The notes beneath the pieces are model-generated. The model was not told the DNA's origin and made no database searches. It saw nothing but the letters and a program-made list of their open reading frames with translations. The translations under genes and the position numbers were made by a program. A stretch of 26,146 bases of DNA from IMG/VR virus record IMGVR_UViG_2695420651_000027; one strand, given 5' to 3'. This DNA comes from a virus (lineage: Duplodnaviria; Heunggongvirae; Uroviricota; Caudoviricetes). Of the stretch, positions 1 to 8,350 are shown one piece after another (within the stretch, counting starts at the first letter, position 1; each line of letters opens with the position of its first letter).

Positions 1-204
1 CGGGAAGGAGTAAACCCAGGAATACTGGCTACATACGGTGACGGGGGAATAGTTAAAACGGACGAACCCGGTCTTAAGGTGCCTTCCTCACTACGAGCTA
101 TTAGCTCTCGTAGTGTTAAACGTTATGGTGAAATTAGTGAAAATGTAGGTACAGAAACTCGTCCTCGTAACATCGCTTTTAATTATATTGTGAGGGCCGC
201 ATGA
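1..204 (+). CDS. Tail fibre C-terminal variable exon, copy A (5' end truncated by window edge); identical to the C-terminus of H read on the other strand
   Basis: Plus-strand frame ends NYIVRAA-stop at 202-204, overlapping the tfa ATG at 201; bases 1-240 are the exact reverse complement of 1591-1830. Confidence 0.6.
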   Translation, partial: REGVNPGILATYGDGGIVKTDEPGLKVPSSLRAISSRSVKRYGEISENVGTETRPRNIAFNYIVRAA

Positions 205-806
205 TGAATAAAGCTGTATTAAATAGCGAACTCATTGCCATAAAAGCGGGAGATATTACCGTTTATAATTATGATGGTGAAACGCGGGAATATATTTCTA
301 CATCAACTGAATATCTCGCTGTCGGCGTCGGTATCCCGGCATGTTCCTGTCTGGATGCACCAGGTACACATAAAGCTGGTTATGCAATCTGTCGCTCTGT
401 AGATTTAAATTCATGGGAATATGTGCCAGACCATCGCGGTGAAGTTGTCTATAGTACCGAAACGGGAGATACCAAAGAAATCACAGTTCCGGGTGATTAC
501 CCTGAAAATACAACCACTATCGCCCCATTAACGCCATACGATAAATGGGATGGTGAGAAATGGGTGACGGATACCGAGGCACAGCATAGCGCCGCACTAG
601 ACGCGGCAGAAGTAAAGCGCCAGTCGCTGATTGATGCTGCAATGGCTTCCATCAGTCTGATTCAACTGAAATTACAGGCCGGGCGGAAGCTGACGCAGCC
701 AGAAAACACCCGACTTAACGCTGTGCTGGATTATATTGACGCGGTGACGGCAACAGATACCAGCACAGCGCCGGACGTCATCTGGCCTGAACTGCCGGAG
801 GCGTAG
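201..806 (+). CDS. tfa: Tail fibre assembly chaperone (Tfa, lambda Tfa / Mu U family), cassette A
   Basis: 201-aa ORF; conserved Tfa C-terminal motif VTATDTSTAPDVIWPELP; ATG overlaps preceding fibre stop (ATGA). Confidence 0.85.
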   Translation: MMNKAVLNSELIAIKAGDITVYNYDGETREYISTSTEYLAVGVGIPACSCLDAPGTHKAGYAICRSVDLNSWEYVPDHRGEVVYSTETGDTKEITVPGDYPENTTTIAPLTPYDKWDGEKWVTDTEAQHSAALDAAEVKRQSLIDAAMASISLIQLKLQAGRKLTQPENTRLNAVLDYIDAVTATDTSTAPDVIWPELPEA

Positions 807-1218
807 GCCATTCAATATCTGGCGCACCGGAAGTATCGACCAGTTCCAGTGCGTCCAGATAATCCAGCCACAAATTATATTGCACCAGTTCCTCTCCTTT
901 CAGGCGACCAATCGCCGCTTTACCAGGCCATTGCTTACTGTTTATGTATTCGTTGACCTGATTAATCAATTGCTGCTTTTTCAGTTCGGCTGCGGCAATT
1001 TGTTCCTCATGAGTTGGCGGTGGAATATCAATCCATGCAGGCATTCCGTCGATGACACCTCTGTATTTTCCTTCTGGTGCTTCCTTCATAAATTCGGCAG
1101 CAACAGTGTCGTCAATTTCGATTCCATCATCGGGCCATTCGCCGGATTCCTGATAAGCGATTTTAAGCTCCACAGGGAAAAACGCATTTTTATCGGCACT
1201 GAAAATATATTTCTGCAT
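778..1218 (-). CDS. tfa: Tail fibre assembly chaperone (Tfa family), cassette B, convergent with cassette A
   Basis: 146-aa ORF ending LVDTSGAPDIEWPTPP (Tfa C-terminal motif); 3' ends of the two tfa genes overlap by 29 nt on opposite strands. Confidence 0.85.
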   Translation of the reverse strand: MQKYIFSADKNAFFPVELKIAYQESGEWPDDGIEIDDTVAAEFMKEAPEGKYRGVIDGMPAWIDIPPPTHEEQIAAAELKKQQLINQVNEYINSKQWPGKAAIGRLKGEELVQYNLWLDYLDALELVDTSGAPDIEWPTPPAVQAR

Positions 1219-1220
1219 TT

Positions 1221-1579
1221 CTACCGTCCTATCGAAATATAACTGAATCTGTATTGCTGTGAGATATCACTGGTTGCCACACGCCACGCTGAATTACTGA
1301 TATGTTCAAAATTTACAGACAAAACCTGCGGGGCAGGAATCGACGGGTCTGACTGAACGGCATCAGACATAACACTGACTGAAACCATCGGCTGATTAGG
1401 GAATGGTATAGGGAAGTGTCCACTGATAAAGCGGGTCGTGTTTCCTGCAAAAGTGCCAAACTGAACAATATATCCACCTGGTAGCCTGAACCATCCCGAA
1501 CCAGAAGCGAATGCTCCCATATCCGGTATCTGATTATCTCCTGTGCCCACATCCCTTTTCGCCGCTTCTCCCAAACCAA
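1221..1579 (-). CDS. Alternative tail fibre C-terminal variable exon, cassette B (promoterless; expressed only when fused to H constant region at the crossover site); runs into N gap
   Basis: Open frame from the crossover half-site (encoding LG-E...) to a stop just upstream of tfaB; no ATG, begins at recombination site. Confidence 0.6.
1566..1579. other. Recombination crossover half-site TTCTCCCAAACCAA (hix/gix-like), truncated by N gap
   Basis: Identical 14-mer occurs at 2122-2135 and 16540-16553 where the full 26-bp quasi-palindromic site is visible. Confidence 0.7.
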
Positions 1580-1590
1580 NNNNNNNNNNN
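1580..1590. other. Assembly gap (11 N)
   Basis: Run of N placed exactly between crossover half-site and start of the inverted-repeat copy. Confidence 0.95.
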
Positions 1591-1830
1591 TGGCAATGAG
1601 TTCGCTATTTAATACAGCTTTATTCATCATGCGGCCCTCACAATATAATTAAAAGCGATGTTACGAGGACGAGTTTCTGTACCTACATTTTCACTAATTT
1701 CACCATAACGTTTAACACTACGAGAGCTAATAGCTCGTAGTGAGGAAGGCACCTTAAGACCGGGTTCGTCCGTTTTAACTATTCCCCCGTCACCGTATGT
1801 AGCCAGTATTCCTGGGTTTACTCCTTCCCG
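1591..1830. repeat. Inverted repeat copy (reverse complement of 1-240); covers end of fibre variable exon A and first 40 nt of tfaA
   Basis: Direct comparison: 1-20 is the reverse complement of 1811-1830, and 221-240 of 1591-1610. Confidence 0.9.
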
Positions 1831-3183
1831 TGCACTTCCTGCGGCGAGTCCGTCCCCTGTCCATAATTCCATATAGTGTGCATGGTCCAAAATTGTGTGT
1901 GGCTGCCAATTAAGCAAAGCGCGACCAGTATCAATCCCGCGACTGTCATCCCAGCCACGAATAAATTCACCGCGTAAATCAGGCAATTTATTGGTCGGGT
2001 AAGCCTTTGCCAGTTCCGGGTATTCTTCAGCAGAAAAAGCCGCACCGTTGCATTTCAGCCAGCCTGTTGGCGGAGTGGCGGAAGGCCACGGAACAGGCAC
2101 ACCAACGGGTAATGCCGAACCTTCTCCCAAACCAAGGTATGCGAGAAGACCAGCGACATCCTTTCCACTCAAATTAGTCAGCGTATTGTCCAGCGGTTGT
2201 TTACCTGCCAGCGCATTAAGCATTGTCGTGGCAAAGTTCGGATCATTCCCCAACGCCGACGCCAGTTCGTTCAGTGTATCCAGTGCCGCAGGTGCAGAAC
2301 CTACCATTGCTGCAATCGCCGATTTCACAAAAGCCGTGGTGGCAATCTGTGTATTGTTGACCGACTGTGCAGCAGTGGGGGCTGTTGGCGTTCCGGTGAG
2401 TGCCGGACTCGACAACGGCGCTTTCAGTGCCAGCGCATTGTTAATGGTGGTACTGAAATTCGGATCATTGTTAATGGCTGCGGCTATTTCTTTCAGCGTG
2501 TCCAGCGTGGCTGGCGCACCATTAATAAGAGCCGTCAGTGCCGCCTGAACAAACGCGGTGGTCGCAACCTGCGTGGTGTTATTCCCTGCCGCTGGAGTTG
2601 GCGCTTTTGGTGTCCCGGTAAACGTCGGACTTTCTTTGGGTGCATACTGTGAATGCGGGTCCGGTGCGGCAAGATGTTTTGCCATCTGATCATCCACGTA
2701 CACCTTCAGCTCCAGTACCTTGTCATCCACATACTTGCGGGTTGCCAGCACTACGGCAGGGTCGATTTTCAGGGTGATATTGTCCGTGCTGCTGGTAATC
2801 AGCACCATGCGCACGGTCTGGGTACGCCCGCTGCCTTCAGCCAGTTGCGGCTTATAGCTTTCCGGGCAGTTGCCCACGGCAATCAATGCCCCGGACTCAT
2901 CAAACAGGCCCACTTCACGTATCCACCAACCGCCCTCGTTTTCAGGGATCACCTGTTCAGCAATAATCTGGCTGCTGTTCTGCGGGTCGATATAGAGCAT
3001 ATTCAGCGCAGCCCGGCGTTTCTCATTTACCAATGCTGTCTGCTTGGCGTCCGGCGTTGGCAATGTTCCGCCGCCATCGCCCACCGCCATATGGGTAATT
3101 TTTAGCGGCACACCGAGCGCGGCGGCGCTGGCAAGTTTCGCCGCGCCAATATCCGTCAGCAGGGTATAAAATTTTGTGCTCAT
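1627..3183 (-). CDS. H: Tail fibre protein (P2 gpH-like): constant N-terminal region fused to variable C-terminus A
   Basis: 518-aa ORF; N-terminus MSTKFYTLLTDIG... is P2 H-like; internal approx 68-aa tandem repeat; crossover site embedded at 2122-2147. Confidence 0.85.
   Translation of the reverse strand: MSTKFYTLLTDIGAAKLASAAALGVPLKITHMAVGDGGGTLPTPDAKQTALVNEKRRAALNMLYIDPQNSSQIIAEQVIPENEGGWWIREVGLFDESGALIAVGNCPESYKPQLAEGSGRTQTVRMVLITSSTDNITLKIDPAVVLATRKYVDDKVLELKVYVDDQMAKHLAAPDPHSQYAPKESPTFTGTPKAPTPAAGNNTTQVATTAFVQAALTALINGAPATLDTLKEIAAAINNDPNFSTTINNALALKAPLSSPALTGTPTAPTAAQSVNNTQIATTAFVKSAIAAMVGSAPAALDTLNELASALGNDPNFATTMLNALAGKQPLDNTLTNLSGKDVAGLLAYLGLGEGSALPVGVPVPWPSATPPTGWLKCNGAAFSAEEYPELAKAYPTNKLPDLRGEFIRGWDDSRGIDTGRALLNWQPHTILDHAHYMELWTGDGLAAGSAREGVNPGILATYGDGGIVKTDEPGLKVPSSLRAISSRSVKRYGEISENVGTETRPRNIAFNYIVRAA
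2122..2147. other. 26-bp invertase crossover site inside H (TTCTCCCAAACC AA GGTATGCGAGAA)
   Basis: Imperfect 12-bp inverted half-sites around a central AA; matches the Hin/Gin family consensus as recalled (TTnTCnnAAACC AA GGTTTnnGAnAA). Confidence 0.7.
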
Positions 3184-3785
3184 GGATTCACTCTCATTGT
3201 GTCAATAACATGGACCGCCCCGCCTTCATGCGCGGTGCCGCCGGAAATAATTGTTTCGTTGATATACGGATAGATCGTGATTTCTTCGCCAAGATAGCTG
3301 GCGGCCCCCACCCAATGCGGACCGCTGGTCTGCAGATTGATGGACATGCCGATCATGTGACGGCTACATGGTTTGGCATCGCTTATCAGCCGCTCAAGTT
3401 CCAGATAGGTATCTTCAGTGATGCCCTGGTCCTGCACGCCGATATCCAGGCGAAACGTGCCCGGTGTTTCTCCGGTCTGCCACCACTCAATAATGCGGAT
3501 CAGGAATCCGAACGGTTCCACCACCCGCCGCACGGCACTGGTAGTTCCTTTATGCTGATGAATATAAAAAGCATCCTTCACTACCTGGCGTTTGACGCTT
3601 TCTGTCCAGCCCTCGTCCCAGCGATCCACAGAGAACGCCCAGGCGAGATAAGGCAGGAAGCTGACCGGACAGGTAGCCGGATTCCACAAGTCACGCAGCG
3701 GCACCTGCAGATCAGAAATCCCGCTACAGGTTTGCGCCAGTCGGCGCTCCAGTGAAGTTGAACCCGGTGGCAGCAGACTATTCAT
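3180..3785 (-). CDS. I: Baseplate/tail-fibre attachment protein (P2 gpI-like)
   Basis: 201-aa ORF in conserved position between J and H; overlaps H start. Confidence 0.8.
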   Translation of the reverse strand: MNSLLPPGSTSLERRLAQTCSGISDLQVPLRDLWNPATCPVSFLPYLAWAFSVDRWDEGWTESVKRQVVKDAFYIHQHKGTTSAVRRVVEPFGFLIRIIEWWQTGETPGTFRLDIGVQDQGITEDTYLELERLISDAKPCSRHMIGMSINLQTSGPHWVGAASYLGEEITIYPYINETIISGGTAHEGGAVHVIDTMRVNP

Positions 3786-4686
3786 CCGTTCCTCCGTTGG
3801 TTACGCTCCACTGCGTACATGATGCCGCCTGTGTTTTGTTCAGGACCACATCCGCCAGCGGAGAAGCCAGTTCCACACGTTGAACACCCTCAACATGCAG
3901 AGCAGCAAAGATGGCGCTACGGCGAATATCCCGACCAAGCCTCGTCTGGCTGGCAATGTACTTCTGCAGACTGGCTTTTGCCGCTGCCATTACCGGCTCT
4001 GCTTCCGGTCCCGGATAGAGAAAAATGGTGGCTTCCACGCGATACGGGATGATTTCTGCGCTGCGAACCGTAAGACGGTCAGCCACCGGGCGGACGTTCT
4101 CACTGTTCAGAGCTTTTTCCACCACGTCCAGCAGGTCTTTTTCTGCAGTTCCATCGCCTTCGCGGCTAAGGACAGTCAGCACCACCTCTGCAGGTGCCGG
4201 GCTGGTTGCACTGGCATCCGCCACCCGACCGTCGGCGCTTCGGGCATGAAATTCATAAGCTGCAGTTGGCCCCGCAACTGAAAGCCCTTCAAAGGCTGCA
4301 GGCACACGCAGGCGTAACGCTTCATCGCTTTCCATCACAGCTGCAACGGGCGGCACATCGTCATTATCAGCAGGCGTCACCGTCAGGCGTTTCACGTTGT
4401 AGTTGGCGGCGAGCTGGTCCAGATCGCCCCCTATGGCATAAGCCACCATCACCGCCTGCGCGGCTTCGTTAATGCGCTGGCGCAGAAGCAACTCACGGTA
4501 AGCATTCTCCTGCAACAATTTGGTGACGGGTTCAGATTCCAGTTCCAGCGTGCGGATCACTGCTTCCTGCTCATCTTTCGGATGAAGCGCCACAAATTCT
4601 GCCTTGCGTTCGGCAAGCAGCGTCTCAAAGTCCGGCACATCCACAATCTGCGGCGCAGGCAACTGCGAAAGGTCAATCACTGCCAT
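3778..4686 (-). CDS. J: Baseplate assembly protein J
   Basis: Start moved to internal Met MAVIDLSQLPAP (aligns with P2 gpJ N-terminus as recalled); AGGAG RBS upstream; longer ORF start at 4725 would overlap W. Confidence 0.8.
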   Translation of the reverse strand: MAVIDLSQLPAPQIVDVPDFETLLAERKAEFVALHPKDEQEAVIRTLELESEPVTKLLQENAYRELLLRQRINEAAQAVMVAYAIGGDLDQLAANYNVKRLTVTPADNDDVPPVAAVMESDEALRLRVPAAFEGLSVAGPTAAYEFHARSADGRVADASATSPAPAEVVLTVLSREGDGTAEKDLLDVVEKALNSENVRPVADRLTVRSAEIIPYRVEATIFLYPGPEAEPVMAAAKASLQKYIASQTRLGRDIRRSAIFAALHVEGVQRVELASPLADVVLNKTQAASCTQWSVTNGGTDE

Positions 4687-5032
4687 TCTCTGCTCCTGTT
4701 GATACGGAAAGGGAAACAGGCACACCGTTATTACGCCGCCCGGTCAGCTCCACCACCATTGAACCGTCAAAATTGCTGTTAATGGTGATGGAATCCAGCG
4801 TCAGCCGTGGCTCCCAGCGACTCAGCGCCACATACACTGCCGACATGACCTGCAGGCGTAATGCCGGATTTTGTGGCTGGTCTATCAGTGCCGACAGCAG
4901 GGAACCATATTCCCGACGGGCAATGCGGCTACCCTGCGGCGTCAGCAAAATGTCCCGCACCGACTGGCGCAGATGATCAATATCAGTAATGGCTTTACCG
5001 CTGGTATTGTTCATCCCGCTATAAAGCGTCAT
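4673..5032 (-). CDS. W: Baseplate protein W (gp25/GPW family)
   Basis: 119-aa ORF; similar in pattern to P2 gpW; overlaps V stop. Confidence 0.8.
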   Translation of the reverse strand: MTLYSGMNNTSGKAITDIDHLRQSVRDILLTPQGSRIARREYGSLLSALIDQPQNPALRLQVMSAVYVALSRWEPRLTLDSITINSNFDGSMVVELTGRRNNGVPVSLSVSTGAENGSD

Positions 5033-5607
5033 ACCGGGCCTCCGGTTGTGTCGCCGCCTTTCAGGACGTCAGTATGCTGATGCGCATCAACCACGATCCC
5101 GTTAGAACTCATCGCTCCGCCGCCCTGGGTAACGCCACCATTGATCACCACTTCGCTGTTAATGCGCGTGCGGTCAGCCTCCAGTACAAACTCACTGGTT
5201 TTCATGGTGATGTTGTCAGCGGCCTCAATGACCATTGATTTGATGCCCCTGACATACCAGCGCCCGGTAGTGGGTTCGTATTCAAACCAGCCGCCGTCAG
5301 GATGTTCTGTCACGCAGGCGTCTGCCGACGTCGACGGTGGTGCGAACTGATTCGAATAGACAGCGGGCAGCGCAAAGGCAGTTTCCAGATTGCCGCCCAG
5401 ACTCAGCAGCACCACCTGCTCACCTTCCGATGGTCGCCACCATGTGCGGGCATTCCCGGCACGCAGCGTCAGCCAGCTGATCCAGTTGGTTTCAAGCTCG
5501 CCCGTTTTCACCCGGCAAAGCCAGTTTTCCCGGTCCACTTCGGTGACTACACCAGTGCGGATCAGGTTGGTGATAAGGCGCATGATTTCGGTTAGTTGTG
5601 CGTTCAT
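5029..5607 (-). CDS. V: Baseplate spike/assembly protein V
   Basis: Start at internal Met MNAQLTEIMRLITNLIRTG, aligning with recalled P2 gpV N-terminus; upstream 36 codons of the long ORF are likely untranslated. Confidence 0.75.
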   Translation of the reverse strand: MNAQLTEIMRLITNLIRTGVVTEVDRENWLCRVKTGELETNWISWLTLRAGNARTWWRPSEGEQVVLLSLGGNLETAFALPAVYSNQFAPPSTSADACVTEHPDGGWFEYEPTTGRWYVRGIKSMVIEAADNITMKTSEFVLEADRTRINSEVVINGGVTQGGGAMSSNGIVVDAHQHTDVLKGGDTTGGPV

Positions 5608-5653
5608 AGGGTTAGGTTGCACGGACCTTGAATCTATGGCATCAATACGTCCT

Positions 5654-5671
5654 TGTGTGGTAAATGACACA
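5654..5671. promoter_or_regulatory. Candidate Ogr-dependent late promoter element (TGT-N12-ACA dyad) in the V / cargo intergenic region
   Basis: TGT at 5654-5656, 12-nt spacer, ACA at 5669-5671; same dyad type recurs upstream of O and FI. Confidence 0.45.
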
Positions 5672-5702
5672 AATACAATTCCAATCAAAGAAAGGTAAAA
5701 GA

Positions 5703-6233
5703 ATGAGCCATCCAATTGATTATTACGCTATAGAAGAACACGCAAGAATAATTGAGCAATTATGCTGTTCATCTGAATTTTATTTACAGCGTATATATTC
5801 CACACAGAAAGTATATGATGGTTCTATAGTAACTGAATTTGAAATGGAGGAGTTATCGTACAACGGATGGTTGGAATATACCATTAGCAACAATCTTATT
5901 AGCCTTTGTACAAAACTACGAATTCTCCAAGACACTAGTGAACATGAGTGGAACCCAGATTACTCACCTGAGAAAGAAGCATTTGAAGAACATGAAAATA
6001 TACTTTTTGTTATAGATGGTCATGTTAAAGATTCTATACGCGAATGCTGCAATAAAATTATTCACGCATTAAGTTTTGAGTTAACAAAAAAGACCGGCAA
6101 AAATGGAATAAAATATTGGGACGGTTCTATTATTGCTTCTGGGGTTCAAAACAAAAAAAACTGGAAAATTAAAATAGACCTTTTCCCTTTTTGCCAAAGC
6201 ATAAAAAGTTATTTAAGTTTATTAAGAGCGTAA
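5703..6233 (+). CDS. Hypothetical protein; low-GC cargo (moron) gene at the P2 orf30 position between S and V, opposite strand
   Basis: 176-aa ORF from Met with AAAGG RBS 8 nt upstream; composition visibly AT-rich versus flanking structural genes; no family recognised. Confidence 0.6.
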   Translation: MSHPIDYYAIEEHARIIEQLCCSSEFYLQRIYSTQKVYDGSIVTEFEMEELSYNGWLEYTISNNLISLCTKLRILQDTSEHEWNPDYSPEKEAFEEHENILFVIDGHVKDSIRECCNKIIHALSFELTKKTGKNGIKYWDGSIIASGVQNKKNWKIKIDLFPFCQSIKSYLSLLRA

Positions 6234-6238
6234 ACATT

Positions 6239-6691
6239 CTAATTTTTCATCAATAAATACTTTAAAAGTAAATCTCTTACTTCATTTTCAGTATGTTCAT
6301 TTAAACCCAGCAATTTTCGGGATGGATACTTAATGACTCCCCCCTTTGGACTGACGCGATCGCGCAGACCGTAGTGATGAACACGGGCAATACGCTGTAC
6401 CTTACCTTCAAACTGTACGCTGGCAGAATCCGCGCTGGCGGCAGTTCTCAGGTATTTTGTGGTGCGCAGCTTTGCAAACATCTGACGTTTGATGCGCCCC
6501 TTCTTGCTGCGTGCTGTTACCCTGCGCGGCTCATAACTGCTGCCATCTGGATTGCGCTGCATCCTGATATTCTGCTGCTGTGTCCGGCGCAGTTCCTGCG
6601 CCAGCTGGCGCATCATTCGGCTTCTTGCGGCTGGTTCCAGATTCGCCAGCAAAGCACTCAGCCAGTCGTCCACCTTCTGCAGTTCAGCCAC
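6239..6691 (-). CDS. S: Tail completion protein S
   Basis: 150-aa ORF in conserved R-S order; P2 gpS-like. Confidence 0.75.
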   Translation of the reverse strand: MAELQKVDDWLSALLANLEPAARSRMMRQLAQELRRTQQQNIRMQRNPDGSSYEPRRVTARSKKGRIKRQMFAKLRTTKYLRTAASADSASVQFEGKVQRIARVHHYGLRDRVSPKGGVIKYPSRKLLGLNEHTENEVRDLLLKYLLMKN

Positions 6692-7136
6692 GTTTCACCG
6701 TCCACATTTCTTCAGGTTCATCGGGTTCCGCTACTGCTTCAACGCTCGACACACTTCCGTCAGTGCTGACCAGCACACGTTCCGTCAGTTGCAGGTTGAG
6801 GCTGATATCACAGACATCGTTGCGCAGAATATCCACCTCAAAGGTGAATAACTTTTCCCGTAACGCCGGATTATTGATGGCATCGGGCTGGTTATCACGC
6901 AGCCACAGCAAAACCGGGGCCATCAGCAGATTCTGGTCGCCGCTGAAATCCTCAATCACCACGTTGAGGGTATAACGGTACTCCCATGACATGGAGCTGG
7001 CCCCCGTGGCAACCAGCGAACCGTTATCCACAAACAGATGCAGCTTATCCGGGTTATTGCGGACATAAGGCACTGCTTTATTGAGGGCGTGGCGCAGGGA
7101 TTGTGGTTTGTTCACTGTTTCGCTCCTGACACGCAA
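6684..7136 (-). CDS. R: Tail completion protein R
   Basis: 150-aa ORF; KPQSLRHAL...FVDNGS...RYTLNV pattern matches recalled P2 gpR. Confidence 0.75.
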   Translation of the reverse strand: MRVRSETVNKPQSLRHALNKAVPYVRNNPDKLHLFVDNGSLVATGASSMSWEYRYTLNVVIEDFSGDQNLLMAPVLLWLRDNQPDAINNPALREKLFTFEVDILRNDVCDISLNLQLTERVLVSTDGSVSSVEAVAEPDEPEEMWTVKRG

Positions 7137-7368
7137 TAATCATGTCCACTTTGTCTGCACAGACCGCCCAGGCGGCCTCCGTTTCATCCAGCAATGCGTT
7201 CAGATCACCGTTAGTGCGCGGCGCTGCCTGCTCCAGCCGACACGGCGTCACTCGCGGACAACCACTGACGGTAAGCTGCACCTCCGGTGAGTGCCGGACG
7301 TTCCCGCAGCCGGATAATGTCAGCAGGCAAAGGAGTATCAGCCCAGCGGCGTAAATCCTCGTTCTCAC
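7078..7368 (-). CDS. lysC: Outer-membrane spanin lipoprotein (LysC/Rz1-like), overlapping the 3' end of lysB in another frame
   Basis: Signal peptide plus lipobox LTLSGC; starts inside lysB; Pro-rich mature region. Confidence 0.6.
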   Translation of the reverse strand: MRTRIYAAGLILLCLLTLSGCGNVRHSPEVQLTVSGCPRVTPCRLEQAAPRTNGDLNALLDETEAAWAVCADKVDMIIACQERNSEQTTIPAPRPQ

Positions 7369-7639
7369 GTTTCAGTTCCTCGATCCGGTGTTGTCGTTGT
7401 CTCAGCAGCGCGCTGGTCTGTTCTGCTTCGGCATAGAGCCGCGCCTGCTCCCGGTTATTGGTTTCAGCCAGAATGGACAGACTGATCAGCTGGCTATTTT
7501 TCTTCGTTAGTTCGTGCGCTTTACTTTTCAGCGCCGCGCGCTGCGTTTCGATGGTGTGGCTGGCGCTGTTAAGCCGCCACGACTGCCAGCCCAGCGCAAC
7601 GAGTGCCAGCGCCGCCACTACCGCCAGCGCACGCGTCAT
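7211..7639 (-). CDS. lysB: Inner-membrane spanin (LysB/Rz-like)
   Basis: N-terminal TM segment, coiled-coil-like charged region; ATGA overlap with endolysin stop. Confidence 0.7.
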   Translation of the reverse strand: MTRALAVVAALALVALGWQSWRLNSASHTIETQRAALKSKAHELTKKNSQLISLSILAETNNREQARLYAEAEQTSALLRQRQHRIEELKRENEDLRRWADTPLPADIIRLRERPALTGGAAYRQWLSASDAVSAGAGSAAH

Positions 7640-8151
7640 AATCCAGCTCCTTTAAGGCACCAGGCCATCTCCCGCGCACGGCGGTTATCCAGCCCCTGAT
7701 TAAACACACCTTTCACATAAACCCAGCGCGGCAACTGTCGGCACGCTTCTGCCCAGCGCCGCTGATTGAGCAATTTCACCAGCGTAGAACTGCAGGCATT
7801 GCCCGTTCCCACGTTGAAGGCAAACGACACCGTAGCGTCATATACCTTCTGCGGCGGCTGTTGCTTCACACACCTTTCCAGCGCCCGCTCCACACGCAGC
7901 ACGTTGGAAATAAGCCCTTCTGCTGCCTGTCGTTCCGTGATTGTTTTGCCGGGAATGACGCCCGACGTATTTCCAATGCCGTCGGTCCAGACACCCGCGC
8001 TGCACTGATACGGCTGCAGACGACAACCTTCGTAATCGGCAATCAGTTTCAGCCCCTCCACGGAGGTGTGAAGCTGCTGAAACCCCGGCAGCGTGGCAGC
8101 AATAGCCAGCACGGCCCCGACAAGGCAGCGTTTAACGATTGATGGATTCAT
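7636..8151 (-). CDS. Endolysin, lysozyme family with E-x8-C-x5-T catalytic triad and N-terminal SAR-like hydrophobic segment
   Basis: YEGCRLQPYQCSAGVWTDGIG motif; N-terminal CLVGAVLAIAATLP hydrophobic stretch resembles SAR endolysins (phage 21 R / P1 Lyz type). Confidence 0.75.
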   Translation of the reverse strand: MNPSIVKRCLVGAVLAIAATLPGFQQLHTSVEGLKLIADYEGCRLQPYQCSAGVWTDGIGNTSGVIPGKTITERQAAEGLISNVLRVERALERCVKQQPPQKVYDATVSFAFNVGTGNACSSTLVKLLNQRRWAEACRQLPRWVYVKGVFNQGLDNRRAREMAWCLKGAGL

Positions 8152-8347
8152 AGTCCTCCCGCGAAATCTGCCCGTCGCGCAGAAGCTGGTAGGCTTTGTG
8201 TTTGTAGTACCAGTTGATAGCCAGCATCAGCACACCAATCATCAGGCCGCCCAGCGTTGAGGCATCCTTGATGGACAAATCGCCCAGCCAGGCCAGCACG
8301 ACGGCGATGCAATACGTGATAAAGGCGCTGATTCGCTCAAGCGTCAT
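8132..8347 (-). CDS. Putative holin (small two-TMD membrane protein, pinholin-like)
   Basis: 71 aa, two hydrophobic helices, charged C-terminus; immediately upstream of the endolysin. Confidence 0.6.
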   Translation of the reverse strand: MTLERISAFITYCIAVVLAWLGDLSIKDASTLGGLMIGVLMLAINWYYKHKAYQLLRDGQISREDYESINR

Positions 8348-8350
8348 AAT

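Noticed and set aside
880-1242. 120-aa plus-strand ORF
   Set aside because: Antisense to tfaB, which has the conserved Tfa C-terminal motif; no independent support.
1313-1630. 105-aa ORF beginning MMNKAVLNSELIA and crossing the N gap
   Set aside because: Only the first 13 codons (the tfaA start inside the inverted repeat) are real; the remainder is read through the gap in an arbitrary frame.
2048-2652. Two overlapping plus-strand ORFs (166 and 151 aa) inside H
   Set aside because: Antisense to the tail fibre gene; Cys/Arg-rich or Ala-rich artefactual translations.
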